From the human T2T-CHM13v2.0 reference genome, Homo sapiens, in the NCBI RefSeq assembly GCF_009914755.1, contig NC_060926.1: a stretch of DNA of 64,000 bases; one strand, written 5' to 3'. Numbering within the stretch: the first letter of the stretch is position 1; each line of letters opens with the position of its first letter. Of the stretch, positions 33,328 through 47,060 are shown in pieces. Made by a program: the position numbers and the translations under genes. A model generated the notes under the pieces. It saw only the letters and a program-made list of their open reading frames with translations, was not told the origin of the DNA and did no database searches.

Positions 33328-34813
33328 CTAATTCCCTGGGATTTTCTGAGTGCTAAGAGTACCTTGTTCTAATGAGCTGACTCTTGGTGGGCTCCTGTGT
33401 GAGCAGTTACCAGAAAGACCAGGCCATGATTAGAAGCTTGAAACTTTCATCCCCAAGCCCCATCCCCCAGGAAAGGGAGAGGAGCTGGAGATTGAGCTAA
33501 TATTGATCATGCCTATGATGAAACCTCCATAAAAATCTCTGCAGAGTTTGGAGAGCTTCTGAGTTGGTGAACAAGTACCATGTTCCAGGAGGGTGGCCCA
33601 CTCCCTCTCAACCAAGATAGAAGCTCCTGTGCTGGGGACCCTACAAAACCTCACTCCTTTAAACTCTCCTTTGTAATTAATTGCCAATAGTAAATAAACT
33701 ATTTTTGTGGCACCTATAAGCCACTCTAGCAAATTATAGAACCTAGGAAGGGGATCATAGAAACCTCTGATTAGTAGCCAAGTTGGACAGGAGTTGCGGG
33801 TCACCTGGAGACCTTGTATTTGCAATTGGCTTCTGAAGTGGGGGCAGTCTTGTGAGACTGAGCCATCAGCCTGTGGTGTCTGTGCTAACTCTAGTTAGCG
33901 TCAGAATTGAGATGAATACTAGGACACCTGATTGGTGTCCCCAGAGAACTGAAGAACTCCTTGGGGTGAGGGAACTCCTATAAGTGTTGGTGACCTGAAG
34001 GGTTGTGACAGCACAAAAGAGAGAGCAGCTTGTTCTTCCTTGAACATCTGGGGTCACAAGTGAGACATTGAGAGTCCTATGTGTATAGGAGGAGAAACTG
34101 TTTTTTCCACCTCTCAATATCACCCTTCATTTTAGCTCATTTTCTGACAATCAATTTAACACCCACATGAAATAAGGCTCCTACTTCTGGTTTAATCTTG
34201 ACAACAGTAACAACAAAATCTCTGATTCGGTCACCAATAATAATTTGTTGAGACCTAATATACACCTGCCACTCCTCTGGGCACAGGGAAACAACAGGGA
34301 GCCAACCTGAGTCTGGATTCAGGGCATTCACAGTCCGATGGGCTCAGCCCAGTGAGACCGTCTCCAGGTACACAAGACAGTGCATGGTATGTCTATGTCA
34401 ATAAGAGCTACAGCAAAAGGAGAGTTGTGCAGGGGCTAGGGTGTGCGGTTGTGGGATCAGTAATAGGGTTGCCTAAATGTCACCTTTGAATGGAATGGAG
34501 GCCGGGAGACAGGGACACCAGCCTGTCTCAGCAGTAAGTGAGTAGAGGCAGAGAAAGCAAGGTGAGGGCAAGTGTGGGGAAAGAAATAAAGAGGTAGTGG
34601 AAGGGGTGGGAAGGGGAAGGGGACAAATAGTAGCCTTGTGAACCTTTGTAAAGACCTCAACTTTGTATTCTTAGTAAGAGGGAAAGCAGCCATGGCTGAG
34701 CTGTGAACAAAGGCATGGAAGCACCCAGCACCCCACATCTCGTGCATTAGAATGATGGAGGGGTAATAAAATGGAGCAAATCCGAAGCAAACAGGAGCAG
34801 ACTACCTGACCCC

Positions 34814-36395
34814 CAGGTGTAGATCCAAGTATGTTTGGCCTGAAACTCATACAATTTCAGAGTGTGGGGACTTCTATAAGAACATAGGATATGGATTTAT
34901 TAACAAAAATTAATAAAAGTGCATTTTTAGAATAAGAAATCAGAAGAAATTTCAAACATAACGACTTTAAATAACACAAACATCACATAACAGTTTTTAA
35001 AAACATTGCTTCCTTAATGAAGTACTCGAAACACCCGTTTCTTTTTTCTTTTCCCCGATATTTTTGACTGCATACTCTTGGTCACCTCTTCATACAACAA
35101 CACTTTAGTAACATTTTCTCTGTGGACAGATTTAAGAGATAATTTAGTCATTTCTCTAATATTATGGGTTAAACTGTATGCCCCCAAATATGGTAAAGTC
35201 CTAACTTATGGTATCTCAGAATTGTTGCAGATGTAATTAGTTAGGTTCAGATAAGGTCATACAGGAGTAGGGTGAGCCCCAATTCAATATGACTGGTGCC
35301 CATGTGAAGTCACAAAGCCACAGGAGAAGATCCCACAAAGATGGAGGCAGAGATCAGTGTTACTTTGACACAGCCAGGGAACATCTGGGGATATCAGATG
35401 CTCCAAGAGGCAAGGAGGGAGCCTTCCTTAGAAGCTTCGGAGGAAATGTGACTGTGCCATCACCTTGATTGCAGACTTCTAGTACTTCTCCAGAACCATG
35501 ACACAATAAGTTTCTGTTGCTTTAAGTCACCCATTTTGTGGTACGTTATAATGGCGGCTCTGGTAAACTAATACATCTCATATGATTGATCAAAATTTGC
35601 TTTTTATTACAGGGAACTTAGAAAACATACTTTTTCGCTATTAGTAATGTGATGGAAAAATTTAGTATTTTTGTTGACTTTGAAAAAAACTCCTATTGAG
35701 TCCTTTGCATATTGAGATGTTACAGATAATTTCATGTGATATATATTACACACATTGCATTATTAAAAATTCTTGACAGAAAAGAACTTTCGTTTTGACC
35801 AGGTGTCAATGAGAAACAAGTCTTTCACTTAAAATGTTGCACGTCTGATGACTGGAAAGATTTGCCACAGATTAGCTCTGGTCTCCATGAACTTCAAGTT
35901 TTGTTTCCCCTCCTCTATCTAGCTTTTCAGAGTACCAGGAGCATGATTCATATTCACATTGCAGCATAATCTCTGGCCCAGTATATTCACAGCCCGATAT
36001 CTGGTGAGTTGGCATAGTGGGTGGTAGAAAGTTCTTGGAAGCCATTTCTGCACTTGGAGCAGCCAGAAGAAATTTGACTCTATCCCAGAAATAACTGAGA
36101 ACCATGATAGTTACATAGCACCAAACCCAAACTATATGTATCCCCAACTTAATTTACTCTCAGCTAGATCTCCAAAGTGACCTTCTCCACTCCTATACTT
36201 TTGAGTGGTAGGGTAAGTATGACCAAGAATAAATTACAGTAGAAAGAGGCAGTGGTCTTGCCAATCAAAATTAAATATATTACTTTTACAACTTGTACAA
36301 ATCATATGAATAAACTAGTCCTTTGAAAGACCTCTGTGCAAGTGAGGGGCAGTGAATCTTGTATCTCATTAGCCTTACAGTAAATTTGCTTTTGC
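34814..36395. mobile_element. Zaphod/MER115-like hAT-Tip100 relic, interrupted by an MLT1 LTR
   Basis: Ends caggtgtagatccaag...ggcctgaaactcatacaattt and tcattagccttacagtaaatttgcttttg resemble recalled Zaphod termini. Confidence 0.55.
35160..35575 (+). mobile_element. MLT1B/C-like solo LTR
   Basis: tattatgggttaaactgt...ggtaaactaataca; 5-bp TSD TCTAA/TCTCA. Confidence 0.8.
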
Positions 36396-36709
36396 ATCTC
36401 CCATTTGCTGTAGGGACATGGCAGTTGTTTTAAGGGCACCATGGTTTGAATGCCCAGACTTGCAGATTTACCCTGTTCTTCAATTTCGCACAGTGATTTA
36501 CAAAGCACAGTGTATATAAGCATCATTGTTCAGGGTTATGTCTATGAAATACATACTTTTTAAGTAATTTAAGAGATGTTTTAAGCAAATCAGAAGATAA
36601 CTCCCACCCCATGTAAGAGGAAACTCCACATACACTCCCTTCTACAATCAAATCCTTCTGCAAATTAGCAATGGAATGTGTCCTCTAAAGGAATGATATT
36701 GGAGCCATG

Positions 36710-37087
36710 TATATTAGTCTGTTCACATGCTGCTAATAAAGACATACTTGAGACTGGGTAATTTATAAAGGAAAAAGGTTTAATTGACCCACAGTTCTGC
36801 AGGGCTGGGGAGGCCTCAGGAAATTTACAATTATGGCAGAAGGGGAAGCAAACATGTCCTTCTTCACATGGTGGCAGCAAGGAGAAGTGCCAAGCAAAGC
36901 AAGGAAAGGCCCCTTACGAAACCCTCAGATCTCATGAGAACTCCCTCATTACCATAAGAACAGCAGCGTGGGGGTAACTGCCCCATGATTCAATTACCTC
37001 CCACCAGGTCCCTCCCACGACACATGGAGATTATGAGAACCACAGTTCAAGATGAGATTTGGGTGAGGACACAGCCAAACCATATCA
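36710..37087 (-). mobile_element. THE1C-like solo LTR
   Basis: attagtctgttcacatgctgctaataaagacata...cacagccaaaccatatca; TSD CCATG/CCATA. Confidence 0.9.
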
Positions 37088-40000
37088 CCATATAACTTTA
37101 AATAGGGTTAAAAAAGAAATAGTCTTCACTTGTTGATATTAGAAGGTGGGTAGCCTTTGCCCATCTTTGTTTTTGTTTTTCAAGTGTTGAAGCCACATCA
37201 GACACAGAGCAATTTGCACATAATCTTGTTTCCCAGGTGAGTAAAGGTGGAATGTTCAACATTAAAGGTGAAATAATTTATTCAAAAGTTTAAATTTTTA
37301 TGTTATGTGAGAATAATTGTCACAATTTAGAATTTATAATATCATAATACTACAAAAATATTTTAGTCTAAAATGTCTTCTGGTAAGTGAGGGATTAAAT
37401 AACTTAAGCCGCTTGCCCAAGGTCACAGAATAAGATATTGGTTTTCAAAACACCTGCTAATGGTAATAGAAAAGTAATAGTAATAATAATAAATACATAA
37501 ATTATGTAGGTTTTAACAATCACAAAATGACATTCTTAATCAGTGGGAAAACTTTCTCTTTCCAGCTCAAGTTCACCAGAATGCTCATGGGACCTGTAAT
37601 TACAGTGACTCATCCCTAAAAAAGTTATTGTGAGTAGTCACTGTTCCTACGATAATGCAATGGTTTTGCTTATAAAATTTCCCTGAAGTTAAACCAACTT
37701 AGAGGTGGTGAGTTTGGATGCAGAAATTATTACATCAGGTAAATCCATCAACAAAGCATTTAAACACAATGGATTTTATGTTTTCCTCTACTTTTTAAAG
37801 ACTCCTTCTGCTTTTTCATTTAACTACATTGTTTATCTACACAGATATTTCTATCCTGTAGAAATCATGAGCTTGATTAATCATATTATGACCTTATCAA
37901 AGAAAAAATATACTATAATCACTGGATACTGAAAAGAATCTTAGAAATAAATTTGATTCAAACTCTTTATTTTAGAAATTAGGACAATAAAACAACAGAA
38001 ATGACTTTCCCAAAATTGCATTTTGGAATATAGACTGGGACTTAAATCATCTGTTTACAGGGATCTTTCTGCTGTCTTTCTCTCCTGTGTTAGACAGATA
38101 GGTCAATCGTCCTAGAACTTTGGTTTTAAACTGTCATCTCCTTTCCTGCAGGATAAAATTTATACTCTTAAGCCTCATACTCCAGACTCACCCCAATTTG
38201 ATTGAGGTTATTGCATTAATCATATTCCCAATTTCTTCTCAACATAAATATGCCACTAAATGCAGTTTCTTTTATTTTCACAGACCATGCCTTGAAGTCT
38301 GTGCAAGGTTACAGATTAGATTAGAAAGATCTATTAGACTGACAAGAATGCCTTATAAACAAGGTGTTAAGAAAAAAGATTTTAACTATTATATCAATTA
38401 AGTTAGAGAGAGGTATGTTCATAAAATTCAAAAATAAATGGATTCTGTGTCAGGGAGTTCTGTAATGTTGTAAAGCAGAAAACTGAGAGATGAAAAGAAA
38501 ATAGCCTATAAACAAGCTGGCATCAATATTTCATTATAAAAATAGGTGGCACCGGGAAGAGAGTATATTTCAAAAGAGCGTGTCAAGGTTAGCCTTCAAA
38601 AGTTTTGAATGAAAAGTGGAAACATGCAGGAAGGTAATTCCTCATGAAGATGTCTGGATCTGTATTCAGGATATCAGACAGAACTAAATGAGATGAATAG
38701 GAGCTTGAATTCTAGATAAGGAGACAAAGATAATGACCCAGGGCCAGGCTCAGATAACCAAGCGCCACTGCTGACAAGACAATGACGGCTGAAACCATGA
38801 TGGCGCCACCTTTAACTATGGTCTTCTTAGTCATGTGTAATCCAAATAGGCAGGTATTTCTGAAGGCAGACAAAGGTATTTCCTATTTCTAATATCGCTG
38901 GTAGCCAATGGTCATAGAAGTTTGAAGCAAAACATCTAAGCAAACACAACACACACATAATTATATTATGGCTCGACATCAACCACTGTCTTTTCTTCTC
39001 TATTCAAATTCTATCCTTCCTTTTTTTCCTACTTTATTTTTTTTTGGTCAGGGAAGAGAGAGGAGATGTGTGCTATTTGCTTTGTATACATGCTTTTCTT
39101 TGGCTGGTTTCATCATTGATATTTGTAGTGTTTTAAAATCATTTACACAATTTTTTTTTTCAGAGAGGAGATTCAAAATGGGAAAAAATAAAACCAAACA
39201 GCAAGGCCAAAATTTGGTTTAAATGTGCTGGCATCTGGCTAAAAAAAAAGTAGAGTTCCACCAAGTTTATTAGTATTAAAAAGAGAATATAATTTGGGGG
39301 AGTCTTTCCATTACTTCTATATGAACACATCTAAATTTAGGAAAGTGAAGTGGGCCTAGGCACTTAAAAGGAGGGCTCTTCCCATAGTGGGCTCTGAATA
39401 AAAATATTGCTGAGGGTCAGAACAACCAAGAAAAGTGGGAAGAAAAGAGTGAAATACATTTATCAGAAATGTTTATAAAATCAACAGGATGCCAATAAAG
39501 TTGTATCACCTTCAGTTTCAATGTAACCATGAGTGAAATATTCTAGACATGGCTGGTTAACATGTCTTCTTAAATGGAAAAAAATGGAGGAGTATCAATT
39601 AGGTATCAACAATATTTATTGAAGCAAATGTTACAAATTTTTCATATTTAGAGTGTATTCAGTACATTTTTAATATAGAAAGAGTGGTTATAGTCTTATA
39701 ACACAGAGGTATTTGCATTTTTAATATTAAAGAGTAATTGAGATATTTAAGTTTAATGAATAAGAAACACAATTCTTCGGCAGCATTATGGTGTTAATTT
39801 TTAGATTTTTCTCCCTAAAAGCTAGAATTTAAGAAAACAACCACTTCCCTTTGAGTTATGAAACCACATTTGTAAGTTCTGTGTAAGGTGAGAGTTTTCT
39901 ATTTGTCTTTGCACATAAGTTGTATCTGACTGACTCCCGTTATTAAGCTGTCCCCAGCTCACCGCACATCAGGACTACTCCCTTGCTTCAAGCCAAGCTC

Positions 40001-41454
40001 AGCTCATACAAAATTAGTATGTACAAGATGAGCAACATCAATCTAGTACAAAGAGGCGAAATAGAATATGAAAGCAAGGCACATGCGGAGGCATCTGCTT
40101 CAAACTGTTTGGACTCCTGGCCTTCCAGGGGTATTTGCCAGACATGTGGAAATATTAACTGAACTAAGATTTATGCCTACTCGCTCCTCTCTGTCTGCTG
40201 CACACTTCTTCCATGAAGTAAATCTGTTTTCTAACTTCAGTCTGTCTGATGACCAGGCAAGAAGACAGAAAAAAGCCTAGATAGGTTTTTAATCAAAGGG
40301 AAATATCAATCCCTCACTTGATCCAAATATAGAAACTTTGAAGAGAAAAATAAAACCCTCATATTATTTCTAGTTAAACATTATTTGTAGTCCTTTGAAG
40401 ACACTGTATTTTCTTATTTGCAAAATTGGCCTACTTTAAGGGTTCTTTGTTGAGTCCCTAAAAGAACAGAATGTCTTGTTCATTTACATACAGTAAACAG
40501 ATGTCTCTTCCAAGCAGCACAACATTGGGAAATAATTTTGAAACTCAATCCATTCATTGTAGCTTTGGAAATCCTGGCTAACAAGAATCCCAAAAGGATG
40601 CACTGCCAGTTGTTTATATGAGTGGATTATGTTATAAAAACATGTTTATGAGAGATCATTCATCTTTTGTTTCCTGCATACTGAGTTTCAGTTTAACTAC
40701 TATTTCAGAGACAAGCGTTATGGGCTTCTATTATTTATCTATTTGTGTTGTGATAAAACTGGAATTCATAAACAGACTGGCAGTATACATGTCAAGCTTT
40801 CTTTATTGTCCTGGTTCAGCTTTACTTCGGAAGTTGAAAATAAAATCTGAAAGAGAAATACTTTCTTCCGTAGGTCATTGTTTAATCTTCATTGGTCTGG
40901 TAGAGATCATTTTCTCTGTGTCTTTATTCTGGAAATTATGGGAAAAAATCTTCCAACTGCTCTGGATTTTTTTTTCATTCTCATCAATTATCTGGGCAAG
41001 TCAGCTATGTGTTATTTGAATCCCAAATAGTACAATAATTTGTACCTTAATGCTAAAAGTCAGCAGATCCTAGAGTAGAAAGTAACAGTGGATATAAAAC
41101 ATTACTCTATGGAATGATTGCTAAGGTATTCATAGGTTTGTTTTGATTTATTTTGTTTTAACAACCTAGCAAACTAGGTTCACCAAAACCAAGCAAACAT
41201 GAATATGCAAACTAATTGTAGAACTGAGCAAATATACAGAAACTACTTCCCTTGCTCTGGTTCTGACTTCTCATGACAGGGGAAGAAGACACATCCTAAA
41301 ACAATCCTAGAATAAGATCCTTTGTGAAAGTTGGTTTTGTGCTCTCAGATGGTTTCCCAAGAAAGTCTCCACTCTAGAATTTACCTAATAGCTGTTTTAT
41401 TAACTGGGAAGTTAGCATTTGCTTTATTGGTGAGATCTCTTTAAAGATTAAAAT

Positions 41455-41768
41455 GGCCAGGTGCGGTGGCTCATGCCTCTAATCCCGGCACTTTGGGAGC
41501 CCGAGGTGGGGGGATCACCTGCAGTTAGGAGATCAAGACCAGCTTGGCTAACATGGCGAAACCCCATCTCTACTAAAAATACAAAAATAAGCCAGGCATG
41601 GTGGTGGGTGCCTGTAATTCCAGCTACTCGGGAGGCTGAGGCAGGAGAACTACTTGAACTCAGGAGGCAGGTTGCAGTGAGCCAAGATTGTGCCACTGCA
41701 TTCCAGCCTGGGCGACAGAGTGACACTCAAATAAATAAATAAACAAATAAATAAATAAATAAATAAAA
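41455..41768 (+). mobile_element. AluS with (TAAA)n tail
   Basis: Full Alu dimer. Confidence 0.92.
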
Positions 41769-42344
41769 CCTCTTGGACGCCGCAAAAAGTATGTAACCTG
41801 TAAATAACCCCCATTCCAACACTATTTCAGCTCTATGAGAAGACATCACTTTACTTTTTCCAAGCTGGAGACGGAAGACCAGAATGTCCTGAGGTGAAGA
41901 GGTGATAGTCACATTGCTTTCGCTAAAATAAGTTTATTCTACAGACAGTTATTAAGCACCTAGTAGGTTTCAGGCACCATTCTAGGTGCTGGAAACTTAG
42001 TACTAATCAGAACAAAAATCCTTTAGATTCTAGTGAGAAGACAGACAACAAATGATAAAATATAAAGTATGTTAAGTGGTCATTAGTGCTAAGGAGAAAA
42101 ACATACATCAGGGAAGTGAGATGTGAAATGTCAGTGCGGTAACATGTAAGACAGGGTGGATGGGAGGCTTCCATGGGATAGGGGATTCTGAGTGTAGTCT
42201 GAGACTTGGCCAATGTGAGGTAGTCCTATGTATGTTAGTGCCAGATTGTTCCAGGAAGAAGAAACACTAAGTGTAGAGACCCCAGAATAGGAGCAACCCT
42301 GGAATGCTCAACCGACAGTAGGCAGGTGCAACGGCCATGAAAAC

Positions 42345-43396
42345 ACATTTCTTGAATTCTCTGCTCTGTTGGTAGCAAATAACTACAATCCCAGTTTCCA
42401 TCCCTTTAATCCATCACCACATTCATGCAAAGTCCATGGTTCCCAGGGACTGCTCCCAGCCAATGACTGAGCATGCATGGTGAGGGCATAGTGCGCATGG
42501 CATTTGGGACTCCTCTGACGATGACTTCCACTTGAGGACTCCCCATCAGGCTGGCTACAACTTGGTCAGGGTGACTCAGAGGTTTGAGACTGTTCTAACT
42601 TGACCTTCCTTTCTTCCCAGTCTCCTTTCACAGATATCAGACCTGTATCATGGTCTGAAGGTTCTGCCTATTTCTACTTTCTTCCCTTAGTTCACAGGCA
42701 TTTTAAAAACTGCAGAACTCTGAGAACATAATGCTATCCAAATACCTGCACTAAGAGACCTGAGCAAACTCTAGCATAGCTTCTAGCAGCATAATGGCAT
42801 ATTCCTAGGATGACCCTAGACCCTCATTAAAATGCTTACCTAAGGAAGCTCAACACTGTCTTCCCAGAATATGTACTGTTTGTTCTGACCAACACCTGAT
42901 GATAGGCCCCTCACTTCCCTTTTTTAGAGCATTTATTAAAACGGGCTTACAATTGTGAATATGCATCTCTTAGAGCTCCAACGTATCTCTCCCAAGGACC
43001 TGAGAACCATTCTTTCAAATGTAATCATCAGGAAGGCTAGGGTCTCTGTCTTCTAGTCTCTGTGGGAGAAGAGAATGCTTACTTCAATTGCCACCAGCTA
43101 GCAGACACAGCTGGCCTAACTGCATTTACACTGACCAACACTTTGTAATTTTTCACTTCTCTTACTCTACTGAGCCCCTGCTCTTTCTTCTTTCTCAAAA
43201 CACCCTAATCACCTCCGTACAAATCAGAATGGAGCTTAGCTCTTCCCCCTACTGTCAGTAGTTACTGAATAACATCTGTTTTCACTACCTTCACTAATGT
43301 CTGGGTATCCTTATCTTTGACAATTTATGGCAATAAATCTCTTGGTCCTCTCATTTCATTTTGGTGTCTGCTTCTTGGAGAAGCTAAACTAACACA
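42345..43396 (+). mobile_element. LTR16-like ERVL LTR, interrupted
   Basis: ctcccagccaatgactgagca; 3' end caataaatctcttg...tctgcttcttggagaagctaaactaacaca. Confidence 0.65.
42704..43322 (+). mobile_element. MER31/MER67-like ERV1 solo LTR
   Basis: ctcccaaggacctgagaaccattctttcaaatgtaatcatcagga; ends tatctttgaca; ATTT on both flanks. Confidence 0.6.
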
Positions 43397-44532
43397 GCAG
43401 CCCCATGTGCCTGGCACCACTAAAATGTGTGATCGTGATAGAGATGATGTCCATCAGTAGCAGTAGATCAGGTCTGAAACTTTTATTTTGAGTAAAAAGA
43501 AGAGGGAATAAAGAGTTTCAAACAGAGAAGTGACATGATCAACCTTCCTTTCTAATAGGGTTCCTCTGACCACTCTAGGGAGGCAAGATTAGGAGGCTCT
43601 TGCAATAATCAAGAGGAGCGATGGCTTAAACGAGGGTGGTGTCAGTGCAGCATGGGAAACAGTCAAACTCTGGATATATTTTGAAAGCAGAACTAAAAAT
43701 ATTTGCTACTGGAAAAGATGTGTGTTGTGGAAGAAAATGAAAAGAATCAATGAGGAAAATAAAGCCATCAATCTAAGCATCTAGATAGAGTTATGTTTAA
43801 GTCTGCAAGGGGACCTGCTTTGGGGCATAATATCTAGAACTCAGTTTCAGCCATATTATACAAGGATAGAAAAGTATCTGAAAATATTATGTTTAGCTGC
43901 ATGTGAATAATTTTTGTTGAGAAAAAAATGAGATAAGCAGGAGAAAATATAAAACTTTCTTAGTAATGCAAATAACTGTGGGAGAATAGCTAAAATAACA
44001 TGTTATTTGTCATCAGCTCCCAATTGAATTTTACTTCCAGATGAAGATCACTGAGTTTCAAATTTGGCACATATTGTCCTCTGGGTCTTATGATCTGGAT
44101 CTCATAGCATGAGAAATGTGTATGTTCTACCTGTTGGCACCTCTGCTCAAGCTCCACGGATTTATAATCATGGGCATCTACATCTCCTTCAGCACAAATT
44201 AACTCATCAGAATAGTTTATCCTAAACCGTATTTCAAAGCCTAATTAATTTCAACATTGATGTTTTGTAGTATCTGTATTTCTCTAGATTTGTCCCTCTA
44301 AAGTTACTATAAAGTGCCTTGGATACCACACTCTTATCTATAAGTAAATTCTTTGATTACCTATCTGTGAGTGGTTCTTTATCAACCCCCCTTAACCTCT
44401 TAGCTCAAAGTTAAAATGTATTGCCATTAAAATGTCTCCAGCCTTCACCTTGGCTTGATACCAGCAGACATCTGATGCTGTCTGAGGATACAAAGCTAAA
44501 TTAACAAATAACCTTACTTAAAAGGTTGTTCC

Positions 44533-44683
44533 TGCCAGGGGTGGTGGCTCATGCCTGTAATTCCAGCACTTTGGGAGGCCGAGGCAGGTGGATGACTTGA
44601 GCCCGGGAGCTTGAGACTGGCCTTGGCAACATGGCAAAACCTCGAATGAAAGAAAGGAAGAAAGGAAGAAAGGAAGGAAGGAA

Positions 44684-44749
<66 letters not shown>

Positions 44750-44770
44750 AAATAAAATAAAAGAAAGAGA
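44533..44770 (+). mobile_element. FLAM/Alu left monomer with a (GAAG)n(GAAA)n tail
   Basis: Monomer 44533-44645 then purine repeat; TSD-like ggttgttcc / gcttgttcc. Confidence 0.85.
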
Positions 44771-45769
44771 CAGCTTGTTCCCCCGTCTAAAATAAAAAAT
44801 AATTTTAAAAATTAACCCTTCTTTTAAACAGCATAGAAATTGATTCTACTGAATAGAATATTACCCCACCTACATGGCCCATCACCTATTTTATTGTCAG
44901 AAAGTGGTTACTCTTCTTTTAACTTTCCACTATTAATTATTATTTGATTTGTAGCAATGTGGAACTTGATAAGGAATTTGGAATCAGAGACATTGGTTAA
45001 AATATTTGTCTACCACTTTTAAATGGCATTTCATCAGCTTCATTTGTGATGGATCAAAACTGTAAGGGTATTTCAACATAACTTACCGCTAGGAACCTCA
45101 GCACCTTGGTTGAAGAAAAATGGCAACTAAGGCAAAGGGCACAGAGCAGCATCAAGGCAGACTTGACTTCTGCAGCTGGAGTCTAATCCACACTAATTTA
45201 GACAGCAAAGGTGAGGCCTCAAGCAACATGTATCAGCCCAGAGAGCCAGACGGTAAATACGGAGAAACAAGATGGAGAACGATCTGTGGAAATGCTAATA
45301 AGCCCAATATGTAGTAAGGCTAAGGCCATAAGCAATCAAGGAAAGAAAGGGAAGAAAAGCTGGGCAACTGGCCTCCAGGTCAGGGAGAAGGGCACTGGCT
45401 CCTGAGTGCCAGATGACACAATGCCCAAAGGTATATCTTGAGACATTTCCTAAAGCAGTATCCTGGGTTGTAGTCACTGTCATTTCTCTCCTGCTTCTTT
45501 TCAAGCCTACCTTGCTCGCTAGTGAGAAATGTGAGTATATGTATCTGTATACATTTTTGTGCTTGTGGAAGGGGTGGTTAGGGCAAAAAATCATTGAATT
45601 TTACCTCAATTTTGCACTAAAGACTGCCCTTGAGAGCTAACACGAATATCATAATAGTAAGTTATCAATAGCAACACTTACAGTGATGGTTATAGTAGTT
45701 TAAAGGCATAATTCCCACAATAACTAGTTTACTATAGCCCTGCTGGATACCATGTTAAAAAATGGAGGA

Positions 45770-46470
45770 AACTCTCATATAGTTCATGTGGAAAGAGTGA
45801 CATAATAGGAGTCTGGAGAGATAAGTAAGAGCCTGATTAGACAGGAGTTTTAGGCCATTTAAAGGATTTTGACGACTATTAATGGACTTTTTATTTGTTT
45901 TTCTAATTTAAATTTTAACTGAAAAATAATTGTACATATTTATAGGGTATAATGTGGTATTTTAATGCATGTTTACAATGTGGAATAATTAAATCAGGCT
46001 AATTAACAAATCCCTCATCAGGGATGGATGGAGAAAAGGATATTGATCAAAAGATACAAAGTTTCAGTTCAACAGGAGGACTATTATTTGACTTTAACTA
46101 GGGGAGGCTTAAAATCACACTCATACTTTAAAAAATTACTGGAAGTAAAACAATGAAAAATGTATGGGTGACAGGCAAAAATCGATGAAAGAGATTAGTT
46201 AGGGGACTATTACACTCTATTAGGCAAGAAAAGACGGTAGCTTGGACTAAGGTGGGAGGATTAGGGTTAGAATGAAGTAGATGTATTCAAGATGAGAGAG
46301 GGCTTGGTGATTTTTGGATAGAGGGAACTGGTGAAAGGGGATGAAGCAAAGATGATGTCAAAGTTTTGGCTTTGACTAAATAATTGATAGACTCATTTGC
46401 TGACACTGGAAAAATGAAGGCAGAAAAAGTTGAATGAGGGAGGTCACTTTGGACCAGTTTTTTGAGTGTC
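45770..46470 (-). mobile_element. L2 relic
   Basis: taggccatttaaaggatttt; gacggtagcttggactaaggtg; aaagatgatgtcaaagttttggc. Confidence 0.65.
45891..46078 (-). mobile_element. Tiny inverted L1MA (MA5-8-like) 3'-end insertion
   Basis: Antisense 3' terminus 45891-46020 and sense 3'UTR piece 46021-46078; TSD gactatta(a/t)t(g/t)gacttt at 45874-45890 and 46079-46095. Confidence 0.7.
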
Positions 46471-46476
46471 CAACGG

Positions 46477-47060
46477 TGAAACTGTCCGGATAAACTTTAT
46501 GAAATTAATCAGGGAAGGAGGGCAGGGGAAATAAAACAAGCTTGCAACAGACTCAGCATTAATCCTTAAGTCAGCCTGCTCTTGGACCTGCTTCCTCATA
46601 TTTGTTTGGTGCTTGTTGTCCTAGAATCATAGACTCTGTTACAAGATTATAGCTCTCCTTAACTGCTCCATAGATAACAACTTGAACACTAAGAAACGTT
46701 AAGTTTTCTCTTTGAGATACTCGTTCAGGTCCCGCATACCAGTGAAATGACCAATGCCAGTTGGTCTGAAGGACCCCACAAGAAGCTGACTCACCAAAGA
46801 AAGAAGCTTTTACATCCTAATAACTTCATCCGCCTTACCTTAATCAATCAGTGACAAAACAATTTTCCAACCCCTCACCTTCCATGATCCCCTTAAAAAC
46901 CCCAGCCCAGAACTCCTTGGGGAGATGGAGTTGAGGGTCTCCCTCCATCTCCTTGCTGGACAGCCTGCAATCATTATATTCTGTCTCTGCTGCAAACTTT
47001 TTGTCTCAGTGTATTGCACTATTCCTGCAGAATAAGCATACAAACCTGTTGATTTGTATA
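46477..47060 (+). mobile_element. LTR26-like ERV1 solo LTR
   Basis: tgaaactgtccggataaactttatgaaattaatcagggaag...caagcttgcaacagactcagcattaatc...aaaaccccagcccagaactcc. Confidence 0.75.

Larger units (their letters stand above)
41930..43860 (-). mobile_element. L2 relic hosting nested LTRs
   Basis: ttattaagcacctagtagg...caggcaccattctaggtgctgg; resumes after 43396 (agaagtgacatgatc; ctggatatattttgaaagcagaa). Confidence 0.7.
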
